Position numbers and translations under genes: made by a program. This document shows, piece after piece, positions 43,076 through 53,728 of a stretch of 64,000 nt of DNA; the first letter of the stretch is position 1; each line of letters opens with the position of its first letter. The stretch is from Naegleria gruberi (taxonomy: Eukaryota): NCBI GenBank assembly GCA_000004985.1, contig GG738858.1; one strand, 5' to 3'. The notes under the pieces were generated by a model. It saw only the letters and a list, made by a program, of their open reading frames with translations. It did not search any database and was not told the origin of the DNA.

Positions 43076-44767
43076 ATGGAAGGAAACTTTTCGAATCTTC
43101 CTTCCGAAGTTTTATTCTTCAAAATTCTTCCACATTTCGAATACAAGTGGATTTTGAATGTGGGAAGATTAGTTTGCAAGGAATGGAATGAAAATTACAA
43201 ATCAATTCCAACTTTTTACTTTCCGATAAAATATTGTGGAAACGAGACGAAACTAAAAAATTTGATAAAGCATTCTGATGAATTAGCAAAAGTAACATCT
43301 CTTTATTTAGAAAGAAAAGAAAATCACCTAATTTCGAATAATGAATTAGAAAGTGAATTTGTGTTAAAATTGAAAAATTTGAAAGAATTGAATATTACAC
43401 GTTATAATTGTTCATTCTTGTTGGAAGATTTTGCAAAATTGAAAAAATTGGAAGAAATTAATTTAACTTTGATAACATTCGAACAAGTTACTGAGATTGT
43501 GAAATATCTGTCACATGCCAAATCATTTTCTTTTTGTCATATTTCACGATTGAATGAATTATTTGTTATTCATGATTCAATACCTTTGAAAAAACTAACT
43601 GTTAGTCCATCGTCATCCAATGAGCTAATTTCAATATTAGAAACTAAACCTGTCAAAAGTCTAACTGAACTTTATTGTTTCAATTGTGGTCAATTATCAT
43701 TGAAAAATATTGGATCACTTGGTAATTTACAGAAATTAGACATTTCTGGGACCAGTTTCAAAGATGAAGAATCCTTGAAATATTTATTGAATTTGACAGA
43801 ATTGGATGCAAGTAGTACTAACATAAATGGAAATGGACTTTCCAATTTAGGAAAATTACAAAATTTGAAAGTTTTAAAACTTGCAAGTAATCATATTGAA
43901 AATGAAGGAGCTAATTACTTGAATTTACTTTCAAATTTATCAAAATTAGATCTTTCCAATAATTGTATTAGCGATGAAGGTTTACAAAATTTTCCCAAAC
44001 TTTACAAATTAGAATATTTAAATTTATCCAACAACAAAATTAAAATTATGGGAGCAAATTATCTTTCCCAAATGGAAAATTTAATTTTTCTTCACTTGCC
44101 CAAAAATTGTATTGAAGAGGAAGGTTTGAGAAATTTTGGAAATTTGAAATTTTTAAAGGAATTATTTTTGGGTTCTAATTTCATTGGAAGTGGAATTCGT
44201 CATCTTGCCAAATGTCATTCTTTAGAGAGATTATATGTCAATTCTAATTTAATCAACGATCAGCAAGCAGTTGATGAATTTTGTGGAAATTTGAATCTAA
44301 GAGAATTGGAAATTTTCAAGAATGATTTAACTGAAACCTGCTGTGAAAGTATTTCAAAATTAAGCAATTTGAAAAAGTTGAATATTTCAGAAAATCCAAT
44401 TGGTAATGGAATTTCCAATTTGGGAAAATTACAAATTTCAAAATTGGAAGCAAAAAATTGTAAAATTACAGATGAAGGAATTATTGAATTTTTCAAATCC
44501 TTCCAAAGAAGTGAAAAAAGTGAAAAATTGGATCTTTTTCTGGAAGATAATGAATTTACAAATATTTCAATAATTCAATTTTTGGAAATAGCTGACAAAC
44601 TCAATAGTCTTTCGATTTCTTATTCACAGAATTTTAATTTAGAAGAAACTCAAAGATTACATTACAAATTGAAAAATTTGAATATCCAAGGTGAACCCAT
44701 CCAAATCTCGAAAAGGAAGGAGATGCCTTTTGAATTCAATTGGTTTTTTAAATTTTTTAATGATTAA
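43076..44767 (+). CDS. F-box-like / leucine-rich-repeat protein
   Basis: The N-terminus LPSEVLFFKILPHFEYKWILNVGRLVCKEW is an F-box-like motif. It is followed by more than 12 LRRs of the L..L.L..N.I...G type (LKVLKLASNHIENEGANYL, LEYLNLSNNKIKIMGANYL ...), the ribonuclease-inhibitor-like LRR class. Confidence 0.6.
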   Translation: MEGNFSNLPSEVLFFKILPHFEYKWILNVGRLVCKEWNENYKSIPTFYFPIKYCGNETKLKNLIKHSDELAKVTSLYLERKENHLISNNELESEFVLKLKNLKELNITRYNCSFLLEDFAKLKKLEEINLTLITFEQVTEIVKYLSHAKSFSFCHISRLNELFVIHDSIPLKKLTVSPSSSNELISILETKPVKSLTELYCFNCGQLSLKNIGSLGNLQKLDISGTSFKDEESLKYLLNLTELDASSTNINGNGLSNLGKLQNLKVLKLASNHIENEGANYLNLLSNLSKLDLSNNCISDEGLQNFPKLYKLEYLNLSNNKIKIMGANYLSQMENLIFLHLPKNCIEEEGLRNFGNLKFLKELFLGSNFIGSGIRHLAKCHSLERLYVNSNLINDQQAVDEFCGNLNLRELEIFKNDLTETCCESISKLSNLKKLNISENPIGNGISNLGKLQISKLEAKNCKITDEGIIEFFKSFQRSEKSEKLDLFLEDNEFTNISIIQFLEIADKLNSLSISYSQNFNLEETQRLHYKLKNLNIQGEPIQISKRKEMPFEFNWFFKFFND

Positions 44768-44832
44768 AAAAATATTCTTTTTTTTACAATTTGTGAATTT
44801 TATTTAAATTTTGAATGAAAACCAATTTTGGT

Positions 44833-46311
44833 TTACAACACGAATGAAAGACAAATGAAAAGCAAAGCAAAGACAAATGGCAAGCTAGTGGTAATGAAAG
44901 TTGCTTCACTTGCATAGAAAACCAAAGAAACTGAAACAGCAACTTTAGGTGATGGTGAAGTCAAATTTCTACCAACAACTGGAAGTGTCAAGTTTGTAGG
45001 AATTTGAGGTTGACCAGTGACATCTAGACCAGAAAGAGTTGTCAATGCAGAAACGTCAGCCATTCCAGCATCAGTCCAAGCTTTCTTATAACACTTAATC
45101 ATATTAGCATATTGCTTTGAACACAACTTGGTAATGACAGTTGAATTGGCATCAACAGGTTGATATGAAATAGTTGATGTCATGCCACTTGTCAATTCAT
45201 CAACTCCATTATTATAGGCACAAGCATAAAAATCTTCTCTAAAACCATTACATGGTTGAACACAAGTTCCATTGAATGGACTAGCACTAGACAAACCACC
45301 ACATCCACATTTCAAATCAGATGAGCTAGGACATGCTTTGGCAGTTGAACATGTGACAACTGTCGATGAACATTTAAGATTTTCACAATAATTATTGAAA
45401 CAGTCATCATTCTTATCACATGCTTCACCATCAAGAAGATGCCATCTTCTAATACACTTATTCTTAGCACATCTCATTTGAAGAATTGGCAATTTGTAAC
45501 AATCTGAAGGAGTTTCACAAAATTCACCATAGACAGATGGCTTTTGACAGGTCTTGGCAGCACTATCAATATTTTCCTTTCTACAATACAATCCATCTGC
45601 ACAAACAGTTGAAACTGGAAGTCCAGAACAATTTTGACCTAATTGTAAAATTGTTGGTTTGTAACAAACGTTACTGATACAAGTCAACCCAGAATTTTCT
45701 TTACAAAAAACACGAACGCCACCTGAAATTGTTTCACAAGGACCTCCTTCATCGCTATTATATGCCATCTTGAGACAGGCGCCTTGATAACAGTAGAAAC
45801 CTGTTGCACAATCGTTTACAATATTTGTTGTTTCGTTCAATGATTTTTCCAAGCAGGCACCACCTTCAACATTGACAACTGGCAGGACTTTGAAACTGAC
45901 ACATTGATTATTAACACAATTAGTGTAAGCAGAAGCACTTCCAAAACTACCAACGCAATTTTCTCTATGAGTGCAATAATCACCTAAAATTCTAGTTCTA
46001 CGATATTCACAAGTTTGAGTTCTGGCAGCACAACCCAACCAATTGGCTTGACAAGCAGAAGAACTGCCTGCACAGGACATACCAACGTAATTTGGAAGGA
46101 TAGTATTAGGAATTGAAATACAGGTACGATTTCCTGTAAAACTGAAACCATTAATTGAACCAGTTGGGCAAACGAGTGAGGAAGCTTTTGATGAGGCAGC
46201 ATCAGCAGCTGTAATACCCGAGACATAGTTGGAGGTACATTGCTGGCCAACTACTGTGGATAGCATCAGATAGAGAGATGCTAATGTGAAGAGGAGAAGG
46301 TATGGTTTCAT
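44833..46311 (-). CDS. cysteine-rich secreted surface protein, probably GPI-anchored
   Basis: N-terminal signal peptide MKPYLLLFTLASLYLMLSTVVG. About 60 Cys residues in repeated C-x-n-C spacing. C-terminal S-rich stretch followed by a hydrophobic tail (FITTSLPFVFALLFICLSFVL), typical of a GPI signal. Confidence 0.5.
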   Translation of the reverse strand: MKPYLLLFTLASLYLMLSTVVGQQCTSNYVSGITAADAASSKASSLVCPTGSINGFSFTGNRTCISIPNTILPNYVGMSCAGSSSACQANWLGCAARTQTCEYRRTRILGDYCTHRENCVGSFGSASAYTNCVNNQCVSFKVLPVVNVEGGACLEKSLNETTNIVNDCATGFYCYQGACLKMAYNSDEGGPCETISGGVRVFCKENSGLTCISNVCYKPTILQLGQNCSGLPVSTVCADGLYCRKENIDSAAKTCQKPSVYGEFCETPSDCYKLPILQMRCAKNKCIRRWHLLDGEACDKNDDCFNNYCENLKCSSTVVTCSTAKACPSSSDLKCGCGGLSSASPFNGTCVQPCNGFREDFYACAYNNGVDELTSGMTSTISYQPVDANSTVITKLCSKQYANMIKCYKKAWTDAGMADVSALTTLSGLDVTGQPQIPTNLTLPVVGRNLTSPSPKVAVSVSLVFYASEATFITTSLPFVFALLFICLSFVL

Positions 46312-46695
46312 GTGTTGATTGTTTTTTTTGAGTGTGGATGACTTTCGAATAATGTTGTGATATCTTGTTTAAGAGCTTTCTAGCTCCTTGGTGTGCGATG
46401 AGGTTATTTGGCATCTTGGTTCAATGTTTGGAAGTTTGTTGACAGAATGGGTTGTGGTAACTTGTTTCTCTATTGAGAATATCGCGGCCATCAATGTTTG
46501 TCAAACTGTTACTAAACTTGCTCAAGAAACAAGATTGGAAGAATTTTTCAAAATTGTTGTAGAACACTTGTCTGTCATCGTTTTTGATTTGGTATTGTAT
46601 TTAACGAGATTCTATTGGTGATTATCCAAACGACATGTATGGAAGATATTTTTGTGGGTTTACAATTATTGATTTACAATTGAAATTTACAGTTT

Positions 46696-48324
46696 TTATT
46701 TTCTCTTTTTCTTTTGTTTAATTTCTTGTTTGAATTTCATAAATGGTTCTGCCATTGATTCGCAAACACTCTTTTGCAATTCATCAAACAAGTCGTCTTC
46801 TAAAATGCTAGAAGATGAGAATTCATCCAATCTTGTTTTAACTCGTTCTTGAAGAGCAGTGCTTGTTTTGAATGGTGTTTCTCCATTTACATCAATGAAT
46901 TCAGTAAATATCTTGAAAGCAACTTCGTATTTGTTTCTTTCCAATTCCTCAACTTTCTCAATTTCCTCAATATCGCTAATTTTCGTATTCTTGCTCTTTT
47001 GTTCAGCAACACCTCTCAAGTAGTGGGCTTCCTCACAGAGTTCCTTGTAAGAGTGGCAATTGTCCAACAAGGTAAATGAATCCAAACAATTTTCTCTATC
47101 ACAGAAAGCTCTGAATAAAGCATTATACTTATCACTTCCAACAGTTTCCATTATCATAATATGAGCAGCTTTTCGGAGTTTTCTTGTGCTTGTAACTTCA
47201 GTAGTCAATGCCATGGCAAAGATTAAAATAACTATTGGAACACTAACAATTACACCAAACAAAACTAAACCCATGTTCACAGCGCTTGCCATCCTTAAAT
47301 ACTCTTTCTTCTCATTTGCAAGTTTGACAATTTCTTTTTGTACTTTGATTAAGAAAAGTTGGGTTATAGTATCTGCTGAATAGTATTGGAATGATTTTCT
47401 TTTTTCCCTTGCAGATATCATGTCTCCAATAGCCACATAATCCATAACTAGATCATTCAAAGTAGTTATTTGCGTATTCAAATATTCGGATGGTTTCACA
47501 GTTCCATTAGGCAAAGTTAGTGCAAGCTCTACTAGGGTGGTATTGGCAAGGGCTCGCTTTATATAATATTCCCCAACCAGACTCTGGTTTCCAGTGGCTG
47601 CAGCTACTCTTACAGTACAGTCAATATCGTGATAGAGTTGCAAGTAGTCTGTTCTCTTGAGGAGCATATAGGTTTCCTTCTGGGCATCCAATTTGAAAGC
47701 ATTTCCAACAATTACAGCCACAGCTATAAAAGCAGCAATATTGATAAGCATACCAAACAGTGAGAGAATTCTGACAAGATTCAGTTCTATTATACCACAA
47801 CATGTAGGAATACGAAATGTCACCGAAGAGACGGTAGACTTGCCCGACTTGGCTGTTGTCTTACTGAATATTGATTCAACTGTAGGTTTTTGTGGTTGAG
47901 CAAACGAGACTCTTTTATCACCTGGTGTTTGTGGAGTATTGTTTTGGGCTCTACTCATTCTATATTGTTGTTGTTGTGGTTTAATTGAAGATAAGGTTAA
48001 TGGTTTAGTGACAAATCTTCTAGCAAAGTGTACCACAATACTATCGGCATCACTACAGGCATCGTCATCTTCGTCGTCTTCATCCTCAATTTTAGTTTGT
48101 TCCTCATTGTGAGTATTGACAGTGATACAAACTTTCTCTTGAGCTTGTTCTTCGTCAATCTTTTTCAAATCCTTTAGTTCAATAGATGTTGAAGTAGAAG
48201 GATTGTCTTGATGATTCTGAATGGTTTCAATTGTTTGTGATGGGGGTGTTGAAGATGGATGATCACCTTCAGGCGACGAAGTAGAAGATAACGAAGAAGA
48301 CATTTTTTGTGTGTTGGTATTCAT
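46696..48324 (-). CDS. membrane protein (2 predicted TM helices) with a C-terminal RGS-like domain (paralog 1)
   Basis: S-rich N-terminus. TCCGIIELNLVRILSLFGMLINIAAFIAVAVIV is TM1 and MGLVLFGVIVSVPIVILIFAMAL is TM2. The C-terminal NALFRAFCDRENCLDSFTLL...EVAFKIFTEFIDVNGETPFKTSTALQERV resembles the RGS box (F..F...E...E.L.F...AxxIYxxFI...A...VN). Confidence 0.5.
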   Translation of the reverse strand: MNTNTQKMSSSLSSTSSPEGDHPSSTPPSQTIETIQNHQDNPSTSTSIELKDLKKIDEEQAQEKVCITVNTHNEEQTKIEDEDDEDDDACSDADSIVVHFARRFVTKPLTLSSIKPQQQQYRMSRAQNNTPQTPGDKRVSFAQPQKPTVESIFSKTTAKSGKSTVSSVTFRIPTCCGIIELNLVRILSLFGMLINIAAFIAVAVIVGNAFKLDAQKETYMLLKRTDYLQLYHDIDCTVRVAAATGNQSLVGEYYIKRALANTTLVELALTLPNGTVKPSEYLNTQITTLNDLVMDYVAIGDMISAREKRKSFQYYSADTITQLFLIKVQKEIVKLANEKKEYLRMASAVNMGLVLFGVIVSVPIVILIFAMALTTEVTSTRKLRKAAHIMIMETVGSDKYNALFRAFCDRENCLDSFTLLDNCHSYKELCEEAHYLRGVAEQKSKNTKISDIEEIEKVEELERNKYEVAFKIFTEFIDVNGETPFKTSTALQERVKTRLDEFSSSSILEDDLFDELQKSVCESMAEPFMKFKQEIKQKKKRK

Positions 48325-48837
48325 CTATCTCCCACCTCCAAATGTCCCCTCTCTCTACGTAGTTAGATCCAAACATCACTCGGCATTGGGATTTGGTTTC
48401 CTTATATTGAATTTGCCTTTTTTAAACGTTTTGAGCTTAATTTTGTGAACCATCCGTTCAACTAGCAAATCTCATATTTAGGAACTAGATGCTAATAACA
48501 CAACAGGAAAGTGTTGCTCAAATAATATCACAAGATACGGTATACAGTAGATTCTACTCGGAAAGACATTTGCTTTTCTTCTGCAGACTAACCGACATTT
48601 GTATTCAACCCACACTGTAGATAGAAATTATAATGAAAGTTAACCTAGTCTTCATCATGTATTAATTGTTAGGTTGTATAATAAGATGTGAAGATCATCA
48701 ATTAAATTTTAATTCATGCAAAGATACGTGCCCAAATTGAGGCTTTGCAATTAACGGTTTTTTTAAGCAGCAAGAATTCACCCTCATTCATCTTGGCGCC
48801 TTTTTTTTAAAATTGTAATAAAACAAATTTTATTTAT

Positions 48838-51507
48838 TTAAAAGAAGAAGAAAATGATCATCATTGCAATCACCAAGTATGAGGCAGTGAAGTTGTGAAT
48901 GGATGAGGTATGACTAAGGACAGGTTCTGGAGGAATTTCAACAGAGGAAACTTGCAAATTATATCCACTAATTAAGAGAGCAAAGTTTTGAGAACCAACA
49001 TTCTTCTCCGATGATCTGATATTAATAATAATCGATGAGGATGAATTGGAGGTGTTTGGAGGAATGTTAATGGTGAGTGATTCGACATTGTTTCTATCAT
49101 CAATTAGGGAGGAATCTTGAATGTTTCCATAGTTACATTGTTGATTACCGTAGCAGAGAGTATGAATTGGTGAGGAGGAGGAATCATCCTTGATGGAAAC
49201 TGAGAGATCTAAATTGTTGATTAGCACTTTGGCTGAGTTGGTGGATGAGCTAACAGGTGTACCTTTCAAATCAAACCAGGTGAGTGTAACTTTCAATGGA
49301 TTGGAGCTTGCCAAATTATTGGTCAACTTCATTGTGATGGTAATGTTTGAGGCAACATTGATTTTCTGTCTATTGATTGTGAATAGATCTGGATTGGAAT
49401 CCTTATCTGAAAACTTCATTGTATTGGCAATATTCACTCTACCGTAACCTGTGTACTTGTTTGGAGTTTTCTCTTTGGATAGATCACGATAATTGTTTTC
49501 GTTTGTGAAAACACCATCCAACTTGACTGTACCCATCAACTTCTCTCCAGAGTGAATAACAAAACCCTTTACAAGCATGCCACTCAATGTTTGATTTGGA
49601 TTCTTATTAATCAAATCAAGGTTGACCAATCTTTGCTTGCTATTTTGAAGGAAGTATTCTCTAACCAGAGCAGAAACACCTGAGATAGCTGGACAGGCCA
49701 TACTAGTTCCTGTCTTCTGAGTTAGCCCAGTTGAATCACAGAATGGAATATAACTTCTAGCACTCCAAATTTTCACTCCAGGAGCTACAATGTCAGGCTT
49801 AAATCTATTATCAAATGTTGGACCTCTTGCTGAAAAATAGCCCAAATTGTCATGATTGTAAAGTGTTGTATTGATATTTGGTTCATATCTGGTGTATTCA
49901 TCAGATGTGGCATAGGCAGCACCAACTGAGATACAATTCTTGGCAGTAGATGGAGCTAGTTCAAAAATTGTTACAATTTACCAAGTGAACAATATACTTA
50001 CAAATAACAGACTTTTCCTGTCCATAGTAACCACTATTACCAGCAGCAAAGACAACTAACATTTCATCATTGGCATTGGTGAATTCATCAATTTGTGCAG
50101 AGAGTGTTTCATAAGTGTTACCAAGTTCACAACATCTTAAACCATATTGTTGAAGACAATACTCATCCTTCACTGGTTTGGAAAGATTGGATTTGGCTTC
50201 ATAGCAATCACAATCAAATTGGCAATCTAAATTATTGGTATTTCCCCAACTGTTGCTGGAAATTCTTGCACCACTGGCATAAGCCCTAATCAAGTAAGAT
50301 GTCATGTTGGAAACTGAGAAGAAAAGTGTAATACCAGAATCAATCATGTGAATTTTAGCATCTTTGGCAATACCCATATCATTATCAATTCCTGAAGTTG
50401 AACTTGGTTGACCAGCAACTATTATTAAGGTAAAATAACAAAGAATGAAAACAACAACTTACTAATTCCAGAACAGTGAGTACCATGACCATTGGCATCG
50501 TAAAAATCTCCTGTTGTACCTCTCTCGTAAAGTACAACCTTTCTATTTTTGGTATTCAAAGTAGAATAATCTTCATTTGGAGAAGAGAAGAAACAATGAC
50601 TGTAATCAAGACCTGAATCAACAATATTCACAATCTCACCCTTTCCAGTTACACCATTATCCCAAGCAAATCTCGAAACATTAACCTTACGATTGTATTG
50701 AACAACATTATTGGAGCCGTACAATAATAATGATTGAGAAAATTCTCTTTCAACATAGTCTACATCTTCATTATCTAAAATGTTGCTCATTAAGAAATCT
50801 GACATGTGACTCATCAAGGCACTCCTTTTACCATTGTTATTCCACAAGCTTGCATCTCCATCAACCAAGGAAATTGAAAACATTCTTCCTCTTTCTTCAA
50901 TCAAAATTGAAGAACTTGCAAGAATTTCATTAATACTCTCAGAACTTCTTCTCACAGAACTTTCAATCAATTGAGTAGCAAACTCATGATTGAATTTGGT
51001 ATTCATCTTGGAAAGGAAGAGTGGCAATTTTTCTTCAAATTCACTATTCATTACAACTCTGAGTTTGGAAAATCTCAAACTGTCCATAGAAAATTGAGGA
51101 AACAAAATTCTCTTCTCATTGCTAACTCTTTCAATTCTGTAAATGTATTGTCTGTAGGAGGATTCGCTTTTAATTTCATCAATTCTTTGTAATGAGAGTC
51201 TAGTTCTAAACACTCTGTTATCTGTTCCACTGACAGTTTCTAATCTTTCGGTACGAATGTTGCTGCTACTTGGACCGAAAACAATTCTATTTAATTGGTC
51301 TAAATGAAAATCGGAAAGGATGACATTATCATGAATTTTAATGTCTACAAGAAGTTTTGCATTATTCGAAAGTGTTCTTGCAGCTGATGATGATGGTTTA
51401 TCCAACAAATTTAAACCATCCAATGTATGAGGAAATCTGCTATGAGCAACAACTGAGAATGCCAAACCGAGGAGGAATAGGCATACCACCAATATTGTTC
51501 GCTGCAT
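48838..51507 (-). CDS. subtilisin-like serine protease (S8), 3 exons: 50463..51507, 50002..50418, 48838..49955
   Basis: Signal peptide MQRTILVVCLFLLGLAFSVVA from ATG 51507. The pro-domain is followed by DSGLDYSHCFF (Asp) and HGTHCSGI (His). The first donor is A|GTAAGT at 50462, giving a 44-nt intron, and the acceptor restores IAGQPSST. The second donor is T|GTAAGT at 50001, giving a 46-nt intron. Exon 3 carries GTSMACPAISGVSAL (the Ser catalytic motif) and a C-terminal S-rich domain. Confidence 0.75.
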
Positions 51508-51743
51508 TATTTTTTTGTAAAGTATCGAATAATTGCATAGTAGACATGTCATTCAATAAGATTTATCACCAAGTTTAAATACCGAATCTATTGATGTTGG
51601 TCAAATTTCGAAAAGGAGATTAGATAACGTTCAAGGAGTAAGAAACTTAACAAAGAATGCAGATACCAATATAAAAATTATTCTAAACCTGAACCCGACA
51701 TTCCATACATGGAAGTTGACAAAAGAATGAAAGTGGCGATAAG

Positions 51744-53258
51744 ATGATATGGAATTGCCGTCATGGAATCGGTATACCTTCAACATCTCAAGACCAATCC
51801 TTTAATCGTTCCCATTGTCATTCGTCTACTTTCGATATCTTTCAAAAAATGTCTCAAGACCATCACCACCATGCTTCTGAGCTACAAATAATCGTATCTC
51901 CAGAGACCACTACCAACACTCTAACAAGTGATTCCCACAATCCAATGATAACGAGTCACCAAACTTCCAATACAGAATCATCAACTCAACCTCCACTTAA
52001 AAAGAAGACAACTTTCGCATCACGTGATGAACACATAGCTACAACCATAGCCATTCAAGAAGATAAAACAGAAAGTACAAGTATTTTCAGTAAGACTACT
52101 AGTGCTCAATCACTTTCATCTCAAACTAAACTCAGAATTAAAACATGTTGTGGAATAATCAAGTTGAATACTATGAGATTATTGTCAGTGGTGGCCATGT
52201 TTGTCAATTCCATTGCTTTTATTGCTATTGCTGCTGTTGTAATTAATTCGTATACGTTACAGACTTCGGTTGATACTGATCTGTTATTGAATAGAGGTGA
52301 TTTAGTTTCGTTTACTGAAAAAACCGAATGTGCTGTTAAACTGACAGCTTATGAAAATAGAACAGCCTATACAGAATCATATTATGTTAATTATCAGAAT
52401 GTTACTAATCTACTTTCCACATTGAAACAAGTTTTACCTTCAAAGATTTATACTCTGAATGGAGTTGACGTTCCAACTAAGAAAATGGATGATGAAATTC
52501 TGACACTTGTTGGCAATGGTTATGGAGGTCAAGCTCTGAATATTCTCAAGTCATCTGAATATATCAGTCAACAAGTTGCTTACGATACTTTCTTACAATC
52601 CATGTTGGATTATTCGAATGATATGGCCGAATCTAAGAATTCTTATATTTTCATTTCTAGTATTGTAAACTTGGTTTTGGTTGTAATTGCCTTGGTAGTT
52701 GTCGTGCCAACTGTCTTTGTTGTCTTTGCAATGGCCATCAAGAAGGAAGGAAACACATCAAAAAAGTTAAAGAAGGCAACTGCATTCATGTTGTTAGACA
52801 CAATGGAAGATGAAGTAATGAAATCAAAATTCAAAGAGTTTTGTAAGATGGAAGGTCACGGAATTGACCTTTTCCATTTTATTGAGAAAACTGTTAGCTA
52901 TACTCATTTGTGTGAAAAACAAAATGAAATGATGGATAAACTTGCCAAGAATAAGGGAGATCCAAAGGCAGTAAGAGATTTTGAAAAGGAAAAGTACATT
53001 CTTGCCTTTGAAATATTTGCCGAATATTTGGATGAAGATATTGGTGAGTATCCAATTCTTGTCAGTGGTGCATTGCATGAATGTTTGAAAAATAGAATTG
53101 ACGACTTTTCAATTAATGAAGCAGAGACCTATCTCAAGGAAAATCTCTTTGAAGATATTCAAAAGGAAGTTGCAATGACTTCGCTCAATGATTTGCACTT
53201 CAAATTTAAACAATTCTTGATGGCTAGTAAGAAGCTTCAAGTCAAAACACAACAATAA
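51744..53258 (+). CDS. membrane protein with a C-terminal RGS-like domain (paralog 2; likely true start ATG 51849)
   Basis: KTCCGIIKLNTMRLLSVVAMFVNSIAFIAIAAVVI is TM1 and IFISSIVNLVLVVIALVVVVPTVFVVFAMAI is TM2. MKSKFKEFCKMEGHGIDLFHFIEK...ILAFEIFAEYLDEDIGEYPILVSGALHECL is the RGS-like region. The architecture is the same as 46696..48324, with about 30-35% identity. Confidence 0.5.
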   Translation: MIWNCRHGIGIPSTSQDQSFNRSHCHSSTFDIFQKMSQDHHHHASELQIIVSPETTTNTLTSDSHNPMITSHQTSNTESSTQPPLKKKTTFASRDEHIATTIAIQEDKTESTSIFSKTTSAQSLSSQTKLRIKTCCGIIKLNTMRLLSVVAMFVNSIAFIAIAAVVINSYTLQTSVDTDLLLNRGDLVSFTEKTECAVKLTAYENRTAYTESYYVNYQNVTNLLSTLKQVLPSKIYTLNGVDVPTKKMDDEILTLVGNGYGGQALNILKSSEYISQQVAYDTFLQSMLDYSNDMAESKNSYIFISSIVNLVLVVIALVVVVPTVFVVFAMAIKKEGNTSKKLKKATAFMLLDTMEDEVMKSKFKEFCKMEGHGIDLFHFIEKTVSYTHLCEKQNEMMDKLAKNKGDPKAVRDFEKEKYILAFEIFAEYLDEDIGEYPILVSGALHECLKNRIDDFSINEAETYLKENLFEDIQKEVAMTSLNDLHFKFKQFLMASKKLQVKTQQ

Positions 53259-53728
53259 AAATGTTTGTAACATATTTAATTCAAATAATTAAAGAACTCT
53301 TCTCGTAATTTAATTTCAGCAATAGAAAAGTTTGGAGAATTAAGAGAAAATACCTTTTTAATTTCTTAAAAGGATGTTGGAGCTAGTTTTTATTGGTAAG
53401 GCAATAGTTGCAAGTGAAGAGATAAGCATCAAGATATGTAATTGCATTAGGCTATTAATGTTAAAACTGTTAAGACAGTTTGTGACCACAGTTGACAGTA
53501 TCTCTCAGTCTCTATTCAATCATCAGGTTGCTCTATCTAAATGACAAAACACAATTTCAGTGTTTGTCTCTTTAATAATAATAAATAAAAACTAACAACC
53601 TCAATTCGTGTCATACAGTCAATCAGTACACATTCCAGTCACAACCAATACTTGACAACTATTCACACATTTTTCTTTAACGGTTTATCTTGTGAAACAC
53701 ATTCCACAAACTAAAAAAACTAATCAAG

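Noticed and set aside
51508-51552. Upstream start MTCLLCNYSILYKKI for the subtilisin ORF
   Set aside because: The in-frame ATG at 51507 gives a clean signal peptide (MQRTILVVCLFLLGLAFSVVA). The upstream extension would bury it, so the shorter start was preferred.
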